Source of the DNA: Candidatus Methanomethylicia archaeon
Lineage (GTDB): Archaea; Thermoproteota; Methanomethylicia; CALHIW01
Length of the DNA: 64,000 nt
NCBI GenBank assembly: GCA_038845975.1
Contig: JAWBQF010000011.1
Span: 11,590 to 75,589 of the forward strand
Reading direction: 5' to 3'
Shown: positions 10,671 to 21,333 of the stretch, in pieces
Position numbering within the stretch: the stretch's first letter is position 1
How the letters are laid out: every line of letters starts with the position of its first letter
Program-made: the position numbers and the translations under genes
Notes under the pieces: generated by a model
The model's database searches: none
What the model saw: only the letters and a program-made list of their open reading frames with translations
What the model was told of the DNA's origin: nothing

Positions 10671-11633
10671 TTAAGGTATAAGTACTAAATCCGCAATATC
10701 TATTATAAACATTGCTATTCTATCTAAATTGGAAATTATATTGAATAATCTTCCATTCACATTTTTCATTTCACTACCTATTTCCTCATGAAAACGTTTT
10801 ACAGTTAAGATTATGTCGTTAGCTGTTTTATAATCCTTACCTAGAAATGCTGTAATGGATTTTCTATAAAAGCCCACTATTTTATTACCGATATCAACTA
10901 TCTTGCTTAGCTTAGCCTCTTCAATTGTATTATTGTTAATAATTTCTATTGAACATCTTGCTATATTAGTTGCACAATCTCCAATGGATTCTATGTAGCT
11001 TGCTGCAAGCCTATAATCAACAATATCTAATGGTGTAAGATTAAATTTGGAGATAATGTTATAGTTTTGAAGAGCACTTCTTAAAACTCTAACAAGTAGA
11101 AAGTAGAATCTATTTATTTCCTCATCTCTTCGTGATGCTAGAAGAGCTGTATTAATGTCTTTTTTAACTAGTGATGTTATAGCATCTCTTAGAATTCCCT
11201 CAGCAATAATTCCCTCTCTACTAATAAGTTTTGATGGATGTATTGATTCGACATCAAGCATACTTTGAATAGTAATTTCATTAAGTCCTTCTTCAACAAC
11301 TTCAAGACCTATAAGAAATCTAACAGTATCTTTAATTGTTTTAACTTCATCCTCAGTTAAGCCTCTGTTTGAAACTATTTTTATTGTTTTATATCCGAGT
11401 AGATATTTACTAATAATATCACGTGAAATTGTTGAGGTAAGATGAATGGTAGCTATATTTTCCTCTTTAGCTTCATTGCTTGGCTCAATAATTAGAGATC
11501 CGTTTCTACCTATACTAAGCTTAATAATATTGCCCTTATCTAGATTGAATTGTTCAACCCATTTCTTAGGTAGGCTTATGAAGTAACTACTTCTACCGAT
11601 TTTCTGTATTCTACGATTAAACATGGATCTCAA
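10671..11633 (-). CDS. phoU: Archaeal phosphate uptake regulator (AbrB-like N-terminus plus two PhoU repeats)
   Basis: RRIQKIGRSSYFISLPKKW, then RDEEINRFY, IESIGDCATNIA, LDRIA. Confidence 0.85.
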   Translation of the reverse strand: MRSMFNRRIQKIGRSSYFISLPKKWVEQFNLDKGNIIKLSIGRNGSLIIEPSNEAKEENIATIHLTSTISRDIISKYLLGYKTIKIVSNRGLTEDEVKTIKDTVRFLIGLEVVEEGLNEITIQSMLDVESIHPSKLISREGIIAEGILRDAITSLVKKDINTALLASRRDEEINRFYFLLVRVLRSALQNYNIISKFNLTPLDIVDYRLAASYIESIGDCATNIARCSIEIINNNTIEEAKLSKIVDIGNKIVGFYRKSITAFLGKDYKTANDIILTVKRFHEEIGSEMKNVNGRLFNIISNLDRIAMFIIDIADLVLIP

Positions 11634-11750
11634 TTTAATTTTTAAAATATATATTTAAATTTTTTAGATGTTAATAGACTGATTAATTTGTTTAAACTGA
11701 TTTAAACAAAATATAGATAAAATTAAAATTTATTTTAATTTTTTTAGCTT

Positions 11751-12989
11751 GTGCTCCATCCATCAAAAGATATAATTAGCTCCAAAAGCAATTTACTTAA
11801 AGGTAAACGAATTGTTCTATGTGTTTGTGGCAGTGTTTCTGCTATTAAAGCTCCTGATATTGCTCGTGAGCTCATGAGACATGGTGCTGATGTTTACCCT
11901 GTAATGAGTAAAGCTGCTTCTAAAATCATTCATCCATATCTTTTAGAGTGGGCTACTGGTAATCAAACCATTACTGAGCTTACTGGCCGTATAGAGCATG
12001 TTGAGTTTTGTGGTTTAACTGAGAGTAAAGTGGATCTTGTTCTTGTATGTCCAGCTACTGCTAATACTATTAGTAAGTCTGCTTACGGTATTGATGATAC
12101 GCCTGTAACTACATTCATATCAACAGCTATAGGATCTAATATTCCAGTAGTATTTGTTCCTGCAATGCATGAGTCATTATATAGGAATCCCTTTGTTACA
12201 GAAAATATTAATAGACTTAAAAACAATGGAGTTATATTCATTGGACCTAAAGTTTATGAGGGTAAAGCTAAAATCGCTGATATTGAAGATATTATCGAGG
12301 CAGTAATTAGCTTCTTTACTCCTAAAATTCTTACTAATAAGAGAGTTATTGTCACTGCAGGTCCTACTAGAGAGTATCTTGATGATGTTAAATATCTCTC
12401 AACTCCAAGTAGTGGTAAAATGGGGGTTGAAATAGCTAAGGAATGTGCTGCTTCAGGTGCCTCCGTAACATTGGTATGTGGTCCTATAAATGTACACGTA
12501 CCTACAGGTATTACTATTATAAGTGTTAGCTCATGTATTGAAATGTTTAAAGCTGTAGAAAGTAGTCTTAGGAATAATAGTTATGATTATGCATTTCTTG
12601 CGGCTGCACCAGTAGATTTCACCTTTCATAAGAAACATTCAGGAAAAATACCTAGTGAGCTTGAAGAGGTTACGGTAAAGCTTGTTCAGAACCCTAAGAT
12701 ATCCGCAGAAATTAAGAAAATATCTCCTAAAACAATAACTATTGGCTTTAAAGCTGAGTATGGCACTTCACTTGATGAATTGATTAATAGAGCCTATAAG
12801 AGACTTATTGAAAATAACTTAGATCTTATAGTTGCAAATGATGTTTCAAGGTCAGATATCGCTTTCGGATCTGATTATAATGAAGTCTACGTTATTGATA
12901 GATCTAAAAATGTAATACATATACCTAAATCAAGTAAGAGGGAAGTTGCAAGAAGAATTATCGAGGTGGCTGTAAGTGTTAAGTGTTAG
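11751..12989 (+). CDS. coaBC: Bifunctional phosphopantothenoylcysteine decarboxylase/synthetase
   Basis: PATANTISK, PAMH, VTAGPTREYLDDV, SSGKMG, GFKAE, IVANDV. Confidence 0.95.
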   Translation: MLHPSKDIISSKSNLLKGKRIVLCVCGSVSAIKAPDIARELMRHGADVYPVMSKAASKIIHPYLLEWATGNQTITELTGRIEHVEFCGLTESKVDLVLVCPATANTISKSAYGIDDTPVTTFISTAIGSNIPVVFVPAMHESLYRNPFVTENINRLKNNGVIFIGPKVYEGKAKIADIEDIIEAVISFFTPKILTNKRVIVTAGPTREYLDDVKYLSTPSSGKMGVEIAKECAASGASVTLVCGPINVHVPTGITIISVSSCIEMFKAVESSLRNNSYDYAFLAAAPVDFTFHKKHSGKIPSELEEVTVKLVQNPKISAEIKKISPKTITIGFKAEYGTSLDELINRAYKRLIENNLDLIVANDVSRSDIAFGSDYNEVYVIDRSKNVIHIPKSSKREVARRIIEVAVSVKC

Positions 12990-13863
12990 TGGATCTGTGT
13001 ATGTGCCAGTTCATGTAACTGGATTTTTTAAACCCCATATTACCGATAACCCATTAACAACAGGATCTATTGGAGCAGGGCTTGTTCTTGAACCTGGATT
13101 AAAATGTACAGTATCAGCTATTAATTCTAATTCCATAAATACATATTTTAACGGTTCCAGGATTTCAATAAAGCCTGTTAGTATATTATTAAATATGCTT
13201 AAACTAAATAATTTAAGAGTAGATTTTAAATCTTACGCACCAATAGGATTCGGATATGGGGTTAGTGGAGCAGCAACTCTTGCTCTAGCGCTTGCTGTCC
13301 TTAGTAGTAAGTATGAATACTATAGAGCAGCTCAATTAGCTCATATAGCTGAGGTTCTATGCTTAACTGGACTTGGAGATGTATCTGCAATATTTAAAGG
13401 CTTCATGTTAACTATTAGAGTTAAACCCGGAGCTCCAGGCATCGGTGAGGTTAAGTCTTTAAATGTTAGTAACCATATTAAAATACTAGCTGTAGATTTA
13501 AAGCCTAGACATACTAAAGATGTGATTACTACATTAGCAGATAAAATCAATACCCATGGCCTAAAAACATATAGATGTTTCATGGAGAATCCATCTCTAG
13601 AATCCTTTTTTGATCTCTCAAGGCTCTTTGCTGAAAATGTTGGGTTTATCACACATAATATTAATGAGGCCTTAAGGAAAGTAGCTAGCCTAGTAATTGG
13701 ATATACTGTTAAGAAGGGGGTTTTGCTTATAGCTGTTGATGATGATATCGTTTACGATGTTTACCTTAAAATTAAGAAGGAATTTCAGAAAGTAAGAATA
13801 TTTAGTTTAGGTGGGGGGTTGAAGATTTTAGGGAAAATGGAGAATGAAATATTAAAGATTTAG
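12976..13863 (+). CDS. pok: Archaeal pantoate kinase (GHMP family)
   Basis: PVHVTGFF, GSIGAG, GFGYGVSGA, AHIAEV..LTGLGDV, PGAPGIG. Lies between coaBC and pps. Confidence 0.88.
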   Translation: MLSVSGSVYVPVHVTGFFKPHITDNPLTTGSIGAGLVLEPGLKCTVSAINSNSINTYFNGSRISIKPVSILLNMLKLNNLRVDFKSYAPIGFGYGVSGAATLALALAVLSSKYEYYRAAQLAHIAEVLCLTGLGDVSAIFKGFMLTIRVKPGAPGIGEVKSLNVSNHIKILAVDLKPRHTKDVITTLADKINTHGLKTYRCFMENPSLESFFDLSRLFAENVGFITHNINEALRKVASLVIGYTVKKGVLLIAVDDDIVYDVYLKIKKEFQKVRIFSLGGGLKILGKMENEILKI

Positions 13864-13880
13864 TATAGTAGGTAGTAGTA

Positions 13881-14669
13881 ATGAGTATACCTGTTAATCA
13901 TCCTAGACGTCAATCCTTACTAATTAGGGAAAAAATAGTAGAGGGGTTTAGAAATGGTATTGTTGTAGCTCAAGGATTGATAGCTCATGGTAGAGGGGAG
14001 GCTTTCGACTATATTATTGGTGAAGTAACTCCTCCACCAACGTATGAAGCTATTACAGCAGCTGCAGCAGCACTCATTACTGCAAGGAAACCGGTAATAT
14101 CTGTAAATGGTAATACAGCAGTACTTGTAGGTAGAGAAATAGTAAAGCTTTCAAGCATTGTAGGAGCAAATATTGAGGTAAATCTATTTCATAGAGTACC
14201 TAGTAGAGAAATTAAGATTAGAGATTACTTAATAGAATGTGGTGCAAATAATGTTCTAGGTGTTGGTGATGATGCTTCAGCTACAATACCTGAACTTATG
14301 AGTGAACGTAGACGTGTAAGCCCCTACGGGATTTTAGTTGCTGATGTTGTTCTAGTACCGCTTGAAGATGGTGATAGAACTGAGGCATTAACTAAGATGG
14401 GTAAAACCGTTATAGCCATAGATTTAAATCCATTTTCAAGAACATCCAGGAAGGCAACAATAACCATAGTAGATAATGTTGTAAGAGCAATACCTATCTT
14501 AATAGATACAGTACTAAAACTAAAATGTATGACACGTGAAGATCTTGAGAATATTATTAAGAAATATGATAATAGGAAAGTTCTAAGTAGAGTTATAGAG
14601 TATCTTCACTCTAGGCTTAGGGAAGAATCAAGATTAAATCTACTCTTCGAAAAGGGCCCCAATAAGTAG
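13881..14669 (+). CDS. pps: Archaeal phosphopantothenate synthetase
   Basis: IPVNHPRRQSL, GLIAHGRGEAFDY, SVNGN, VPLEDGDRTEAL, IDLNPFSRT. Confidence 0.93.
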   Translation: MSIPVNHPRRQSLLIREKIVEGFRNGIVVAQGLIAHGRGEAFDYIIGEVTPPPTYEAITAAAAALITARKPVISVNGNTAVLVGREIVKLSSIVGANIEVNLFHRVPSREIKIRDYLIECGANNVLGVGDDASATIPELMSERRRVSPYGILVADVVLVPLEDGDRTEALTKMGKTVIAIDLNPFSRTSRKATITIVDNVVRAIPILIDTVLKLKCMTREDLENIIKKYDNRKVLSRVIEYLHSRLREESRLNLLFEKGPNK

Positions 14670-15590
14670 TGGCAATATTACTGTTGCGTCCCCTTCTATG
14701 GTTATATGTCTAGCTTTCTCATTTATCTTGCCCCATGAAATTGCTTCTTCAGTTCTTGCACCACTAAGACTTCCATCCCATTCAACAGCTGTCGTTATAT
14801 AAATAGCATAGTCTAATCCATTCTTAAATTGGTTCCACCATATAGTATGATGCTTCGATATTCCTCCTCCAATTATTAATGCTCCAGTTCTCTTTGCTGT
14901 AAAAACAATATCTGCTAGTTCCTGTTCATCCTTAAGTATGTCAATCATCATTTTTTTGGTTCTTTGAGAATGCATCCATAGTTGAAATCCAAATGCTCCA
15001 TCAGTAATTCCAGGAATATATGTTAAAATTCTATTCTTGTAGCACCAATATATAATGGATTCTTCCTTTTTCTCCTCTTCTTCAAGAATTTCACCAATTC
15101 TCCAAATAAGTTCCCTAGTTGAAAGTGGATTAGTGAAATCTATTTTGCTAAATATTTCCTGGAGTTTTTCCTCAAGAATAACTCCATAGTTTTCATTAGC
15201 TATGTAAACGTTACCAAGTCTGTTTATTTCTAGACTGTGAAGTATTGAATCATCAACTTTAATTAATCCATGATGGTATGGTCTCCAAAGTCTAGCTAAG
15301 TCATGATCTAATGTACCACATGTAGTAATAACAATATCAAAAATCTTTCTCTTTATTAGTTCCCTAATCACTCCTCTACATCCAGTAGCGATAATACATG
15401 CTGGGAAAGATAAAAATCTCATACAATCTCTATCATTAATCATTTCCCTAATAATATTAAACCCAATACCAACCTTCTTAGCTACAAATCCTCCGCTCTG
15501 CTCCATAGCAATAATAAGGCTTCTTAGACTTTTAATTCCACTTAAATCAATGTCCTTAACAACATTTTTAAGTATTTGTTCTCTATTCAT
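14640..15590 (-). CDS. dys: Deoxyhypusine synthase
   Basis: GGGISKHH, WDGSLSGARTEEAISWGK, EGDATVILP. Confidence 0.95.
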   Translation of the reverse strand: MNREQILKNVVKDIDLSGIKSLRSLIIAMEQSGGFVAKKVGIGFNIIREMINDRDCMRFLSFPACIIATGCRGVIRELIKRKIFDIVITTCGTLDHDLARLWRPYHHGLIKVDDSILHSLEINRLGNVYIANENYGVILEEKLQEIFSKIDFTNPLSTRELIWRIGEILEEEEKKEESIIYWCYKNRILTYIPGITDGAFGFQLWMHSQRTKKMMIDILKDEQELADIVFTAKRTGALIIGGGISKHHTIWWNQFKNGLDYAIYITTAVEWDGSLSGARTEEAISWGKINEKARHITIEGDATVILPLLIGALFEE

Positions 15591-15689
15591 GTAATACTAG
15601 CTGTTAACCTACTTTTATGCTTTGCCTTTCTAATAGCTTAAAGCAAATTATGGGTTTGTATGAATCAAAATTAAGGATGTAATATATGA

Positions 15690-16120
15690 CTTTAACTTAA
15701 GATTAGTAGTGAGTTAACATGAAGATATAGTAGATCTGTTTGATGCTGAATATCCTGTATGGAGAAATGTGTAACATGTAGAAACTGAGCTAATATGTAT
15801 ACAAAATTATAAATTAATAAAGTAATTGAAGTCAATATTCTTGTAAATGTAGTTCTATGATAGGCTAATATTGAGGTACTTTCCAAAATATTTAAGTTCT
15901 TATGGTTCTACTGGAGTTTGTAAGCTTAGTAGTTATGAATGGAATTTAATTAAGTGCTTACTTCTCATATTAGGCTAGACTATAGTGATTGTGAAATTGA
16001 TAATTAATGGAGTCCTATTATGTTATTACTAGCTATAGTGGAAGTGAGTGCTCAATATATCTCTAAAGTATAGGTGATGTAGTTATGGAGACTAATAAGA
16101 TGAAATGATGGCTATGATGA
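15690..16120 (+). pseudogene. Possible eroded Zn-dependent alcohol/threonine dehydrogenase fragment
   Basis: Fragment EKCVTCRN resembles the structural-Zn loop CGKCxxCR. Multiple stops; weak. Confidence 0.25.
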
Positions 16121-16197
16121 ATTTAACATAGAAACTATGTAGGAACTAATGAATCTTTAATGAAAAATTGTCAATAATAATGTTGAATTTAGTGAGT

Positions 16198-16716
16198 TTA
16201 TATTCTAAAAACTATTTTCTCATAGCCTCCTACTATTTCTCCTCTTCTAGCATTTATGATTACAATATTTTTATATGTATTAACATATCCTCTCAGTAAT
16301 GTTTCTAATACTCTAGACCTTAACGGGAAAATCCATGTAGTTTCAAAATCGTATGGTGTCTCCTCTTCATTGCTTAAGTTTTCAAAAACATTAATTCCTC
16401 TACTTAGATTTCCCTTAAACTTAATAGTGAATGCTATTGATGGACTATCTTTAAAGCCTCTATGTATCAATTGAGTATTAACAATCTTAGGTTTAGCTAC
16501 TATATTATTTATCTTAATTATTTCTTCATTAAGAAATTCCTGCATATTTAATGTAATATTTAATAAATCATTTCTTAATGCTCTAGGCTTATGAAGAAGC
16601 TTAGCATAATATCCTTCAGGATCATAATAATCATATATAAGTATTTGATTGAATTCACCATTTCTTGAAACTGTAAAGTAGCATGTAGCATGAACAGGTT
16701 TAACATTGTTTTCCAA
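16198..16716 (-). CDS. Hypothetical protein
   Basis: 172-aa ORF, GGTGAGG SD before the TTG start, protein-like composition. Confidence 0.7.
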   Translation of the reverse strand: MENNVKPVHATCYFTVSRNGEFNQILIYDYYDPEGYYAKLLHKPRALRNDLLNITLNMQEFLNEEIIKINNIVAKPKIVNTQLIHRGFKDSPSIAFTIKFKGNLSRGINVFENLSNEEETPYDFETTWIFPLRSRVLETLLRGYVNTYKNIVIINARRGEIVGGYEKIVFRI

Positions 16717-17120
16717 GGCCTCACCTTATTTAAGTATCTGTATTTTAAATTTCATTTCTACATATTTAACTCTACTATCAATGCATTTCTATTTCTCATA
16801 TTTTTCGTATATGATGTAGCTATATCTTTTGTTTGCAATTCCATTTAAGATGTTAAGAATATTCTATTCTATTATTTAATAAGCTAAGCTTTATTTATAG
16901 AAGCTCTGAACTAATCTGAAAACTCTTAAATATTGTTAAGACTTAATTAGGTTAGTAAGTTAACTATCAATTAATTATGGAGTTTTCAGATAGGTTCTCT
17001 ATTTTTTATTCCTTAGTTAAGTCTCAATCAATTCTAAACAGAAACTAATAATTTTACTGCGGAATAATTTAGTAAATTTCGCAATATCTTTCACATAAAG
17101 TATTTGGATGCTAACATGAT

Positions 17121-17171
17121 TCTGTGGACTTTATATATGAGAAGTACATGTAGCTGATGGGTTAAGTTCAA
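17121..17171 (-). repeat. Copy of ~55-bp dispersed repeat
   Basis: Reverse complement nearly identical to 36637-36691 (CCATCAGCTACATGTACTTCTCATATATAAAGT). Confidence 0.8.
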
Positions 17172-17217
17172 AAGGCAATTAACATGGTGAGGTTTATATA
17201 TCTGTATTATATCTCTT

Positions 17218-17439
17218 TTGAGGAATAAAGCTCTATCTAGAATTTATATGAAAATTATGCAAACATACATAGATGGTTTTTCGAATCCTTATATGAAATA
17301 TATGAGAAAGCACATATTAAAATCGAGACATCATTATACACAACCTTTAATAAAAACCAGAGATAAAAGAATAGCAAGCGCAAACTTTTACATATACAAT
17401 ACAAAAGAAGACATAGACACACCATATAAAGATTATTAA
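17218..17439 (+). pseudogene. C-terminal remnant of a SufS-type cysteine desulfurase
   Basis: KSRHHYTQPL...ASANFYIYNTKEDID corresponds to SufS RSGHHCAQPL...RASFYIYNT.EEID, with the catalytic Cys lost. Confidence 0.55.
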
Positions 17440-17451
17440 GTTTAGTGAAGA

Positions 17452-17676
17452 GTGGTTAATATGAGGAGAAAGATGAAAATCGATGATTTGATATTAGAGG
17501 CACTACGTGAAGCTGGGAAACCATTAACAACGATGGAGATAACAGATATGGTATTAGCCAAGAGGGAAATATGTCTAGACGAAATACCACTTTACTTGAA
17601 TAGATTAGAGAAAGCAGGCTTAATAGTGAAAAAGTTTGATGTTAAAACAAAAACCTATCTTTGGAGTTTACCATGA
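17452..17676 (+). CDS. Small winged-helix protein
   Basis: ILEALREAGKPLTTMEI...LNRLEKAGLI...YLWSL. Confidence 0.75.
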   Translation: MVNMRRKMKIDDLILEALREAGKPLTTMEITDMVLAKREICLDEIPLYLNRLEKAGLIVKKFDVKTKTYLWSLP

Positions 17677-17718
17677 ATTAATTCATGATAAAATCGAGTT
17701 CTAAGTAATTAATTATGA

Positions 17719-18477
17719 CTAATATACCTCAGCATGATCCCAAAATTTTTTTAGTTCTCTTTCAATATGTTTCTTAATGTATTGTATTTTAGCTGGGTTA
17801 AGTATTATTGTTTCCACATCGAAAATTATGTAGTTTCTTTCAGTTCTTAGTATTTTGATTTCAGGATCATCTGCAAGTTCTCCCCGAATACTTTCAACTA
17901 TGTCACGAATAATTTTTCTAGCTTCCAATGGATCAATATCAAATGGTATCCCTACATTAAACTTAGCTACAATACCACTTTGAGTTGTTTTATTTAGTAT
18001 TGGATTATTTAACATATAAACATGAGGTATTGTAACTCGTTCACCCTTAATTGTTTCAATAGTTGTTGATAGTGCATTAATATTGACTACTCTACCAGTT
18101 ACTCCATTTAATTCAATCCAATCACCTATTTTAAATGGTCTATAGACCCTTACATAGTATTCAGCTCCCATATTTCTAAGTAAATCATAAAACATTACTA
18201 TTAAACCTATTACAAGAACCCCCAAAAGAATGCTCATGGTAATAGTTTCAAGGGAGATGATGCTTATTGCAATAATTAAAGCTATGAAATATACTATTAA
18301 CTTTTCAACCATTAAAATTTTAGCGAGAAATGTAGGCTCAACATGTTGAAGTGTGCGTTTAGTAACTGATAATGTAAATCTTACTATAAGATAGGCAGCA
18401 ACCATTACTAGGCCTGCTTCTACAAGTCTTAAAACTAAATTTAATGATTCATTCATTAAATCACCGATTAATTCCAA
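17719..18477 (-). CDS. mscS: Small-conductance mechanosensitive channel
   Basis: Three TM segments, then RPFKIGDWIELNGVTGRVVNINALST. Confidence 0.85.
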   Translation of the reverse strand: MELIGDLMNESLNLVLRLVEAGLVMVAAYLIVRFTLSVTKRTLQHVEPTFLAKILMVEKLIVYFIALIIAISIISLETITMSILLGVLVIGLIVMFYDLLRNMGAEYYVRVYRPFKIGDWIELNGVTGRVVNINALSTTIETIKGERVTIPHVYMLNNPILNKTTQSGIVAKFNVGIPFDIDPLEARKIIRDIVESIRGELADDPEIKILRTERNYIIFDVETIILNPAKIQYIKKHIERELKKFWDHAEVY

Positions 18478-18779
18478 AAGCTTTACCTAGTTCCCCATTT
18501 AAATCTATCTCTAACATTGACCTATCATGCTAACTTTAGAAGTTTTATTTGAGGATGCTTCTACTCTATATTGGTTTGATTAATAGTTATGTACTCTTTT
18601 CCAGGTTAAGAATACCATTTACATTTGTACTTCAGACTTTATTAACTTATTTTCTTTGAATGTATTTTGAGGAGGACCCAAGTAGGCTTTATCCATTAAA
18701 CTATGAGGCTACACGTAGACGTACTCATATACTTGGTGATTTATCATTAATTATTTATATATCATTAATTATTTATATC

Positions 18780-19274
18780 GTCATGTTAGGAGGGTTACGT
18801 TGATAAGTATAATGTTAAGGTTCATTCATCACATGGGTTAGATTGCATTTGAAAGAAAGCGTAGAAGAGTAATCTACGTTTGCCCATCATCTACATAATG
18901 ATTTTAATATCATGTTCTTAAAGACTTTAAGGGATAAATATAGTTTTAAATTTTATTACTGATTACTTCAATGTCATGTAGCTATAGCTAATAGATTAAT
19001 ACAATATCAAGTTGATTAATACAAAATTCTGAGAAATCTAATGAGGCGTTTAGAGAATTTATTGGGAAGAATGATTAATACATATCATGTCATGTAGATG
19101 TAGAAAACCATTAGAACATGCTAAAAACTAATATATGCATAACATATTAAGATTACACACATCAATAAACAATTAAACATCCTATAGAAAATGAAGAATT
19201 GAAGATGTAGATGAAACAAAAATCTTGACAAGAGAAGTGATAAAATAGTATAAAACATTTAAGGTTAACAGAGC
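18780..19274 (+). mobile_element. Degraded IS6-like remnant; left limit approximate
   Basis: Fragments similar to the 9275 element (IAFERK, CRCRKPLEH). Ends in TIR-like AAGGTTAACAGAGC at 19261-19274. Confidence 0.45.
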
Positions 19275-20050
19275 TAATTAAGATTCTGTATATGTTTAAG
19301 TTTTAACTATTTCAAAGTTATGTTCAATTTGTTTATGAAACCAATTACTGTCTCTTTAACTTTTAGGGGAGATCGTGAAACTTAGGTAAATAGTCGGCCA
19401 GGTCATTCCTTTAAATTTAATAAAGAATAGTAGTAATAGGATTAGTAGAGAATGTGGAAGAGAAGAGTAAATATTACGTGCTTACCTTTAGATAAATTCC
19501 CCTCAATGTTAAATGTATAAACCTACCCCCAAGGGTTATAAGGTAGATTTATTAGTTATAAAAATTAGGGGTTAAAAAAGTTATAAATCATTAAAATTCT
19601 CTTCAATTCCTAATAAAAGCTACAGTAATGAAGAATCTTTTATGTTGTTTCTTCATCAGGAAGTAAAGAGATAATAGTATTATGACGAACGTTTAGGTAA
19701 AACTCGAAAAGAATCAAGAAAGTATGAGAAAGATGGAAGTATATAGTGTAGCTATGTCACCATTACTTATTATAAGAATGATATACTTCATGACTATTAC
19801 AATGCTCCATATCCTCTTGATGTTCTCTATAAAAATCGACAAAATAAATAATGGAAGATATAAAGTAGTTCTGTATTATGGCAGCAGCTAATACCTATCA
19901 GATAGGGTATTTGATTATTATGATTTCTCACTAAAGGAGGTAATAAACTTACTCTTCGAACGCTGAGCATATAACATTGATGTTACTCTAGTATGTTATG
20001 GTAGAGGCTTCACTAAACTAGGAGTGTGATCCGTGTCGTTTAGAATTTAG

Positions 20051-20701
20051 TTAAACTATTAATCCCTCAATTATTTTTTTCAAGTTATCTATATTTTCTA
20101 TTATGATTTTTGCTCTATCTTTAACGATATTGTTTTTAGGATTTATGGCTATTGGTAATGCGGAGTCAATAAACATGCAAGCATCTGGTAATCCGTCTCC
20201 TATAGTAATTACGTCTTTTTCAGATCTAATGTTAAAGTTTTGTGAAATTTTATTTAAACTCACTCTTTTACATTTAGGACATTTGATACACCATGGGGTT
20301 TCAAATATTAGATCATTAATTACAATATCTCCAACTATTCTTCCATTCCTAACTTTTAATGGAACAGCCTCTATGAAATCCAGGTTAAGATTTTCAAGAA
20401 TTTTAACTGCAATTACATCATATGTTATTGTTATAACTCCTACTTTCATTTTTCTATCCTTAAAGTATTTTATAACTTCAATCCACTTACTATTAATAAG
20501 ATCCTTAAATAAGTCATTAAGCTCTAATATACTTACTCCTTTTAGAAGCTCTGCAATCATTTTCGATTTTAATCTTTCATCTATACTTAAGTTTAAAACT
20601 TTAATAACTTTATCTTCTATCTTTAAATGCTTAGATAGAATAATTATTGATCTTCCACTAATTAGTGTCCCATCTAGATCTAAAACTACCATTCTATACA
20701 T
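20051..20701 (-). CDS. HAD-superfamily IB phosphatase
   Basis: DLDGT motif I, IGDGLPD motif IV, CxxCxxCK insert. Confidence 0.85.
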   Translation of the reverse strand: MYRMVVLDLDGTLISGRSIIILSKHLKIEDKVIKVLNLSIDERLKSKMIAELLKGVSILELNDLFKDLINSKWIEVIKYFKDRKMKVGVITITYDVIAVKILENLNLDFIEAVPLKVRNGRIVGDIVINDLIFETPWCIKCPKCKRVSLNKISQNFNIRSEKDVITIGDGLPDACMFIDSALPIAINPKNNIVKDRAKIIIENIDNLKKIIEGLIV

Positions 20702-20703
20702 AT

Positions 20704-21333
20704 TTACTTCTTCAGCATTTTCTTTACAGCTTCACTAAATTCCTTACCAGATCCGATCACTAATAGTAAATCTCCCTTAGTAACCACATTGTCATCAGCT
20801 GGTTTTCCATTACGTATAAGAACTACCTTAATATTTTCATCTTCTACAATGCTTGTTGGACTTCTAAATTTTAATACTGAAAAATTAAATCCACATTCAT
20901 CCTCTTTAAGGATTGGTATACAGCCATGTTGTCTTATTTTTAATTCAAGAACTCTTAATGCTAAACCTATAGGATCAAGTACTATATCTGCTCCTGACTT
21001 TTTTATTATTTCAGAGTTTAAAGGATTATTAACAACTCCAATAACAAAAGGTACACCATAAACTCTTTTAGCAGCTTCGCATAGCCTAATGTTTAAAGTA
21101 TCTATTTCCGTTGATGCGACAAATACGTCGCAAATTGAAATGTTTGCCTTTTCAAATGTTTTAGGATTCTCTAGATCACCCCATAGAGGTTCAGCATTAA
21201 ATTGTTTAGCTATAACTGTAGCTCTCTCCTGACTTCTTTCAATAATAGTGATTATTGCCTTTTTATCAGATGAAACTATAGTTCTTAGAATAAACTGTGA
21301 TGTATGCCCACCCCCAACTACTATATACCTCAC
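20704..21333 (-). CDS. trkA: TrkA/RCK-family NAD-binding K+ transport regulator
   Basis: IVVGGG Rossmann motif, GD...ANISICDVFVAST, GADIVLDP. Confidence 0.8.
   Translation of the reverse strand: MRYIVVGGGHTSQFILRTIVSSDKKAIITIIERSQERATVIAKQFNAEPLWGDLENPKTFEKANISICDVFVASTEIDTLNIRLCEAAKRVYGVPFVIGVVNNPLNSEIIKKSGADIVLDPIGLALRVLELKIRQHGCIPILKEDECGFNFSVLKFRSPTSIVEDENIKVVLIRNGKPADDNVVTKGDLLLVIGSGKEFSEAVKKMLKK

Noticed and set aside
19480-19560. Weak hairpin (CTACC...GGTAG) as an IS200/IS605 end or ncRNA
   Set aside because: The stem is short and imperfect, with no tnpA/tnpB remnant recognised.
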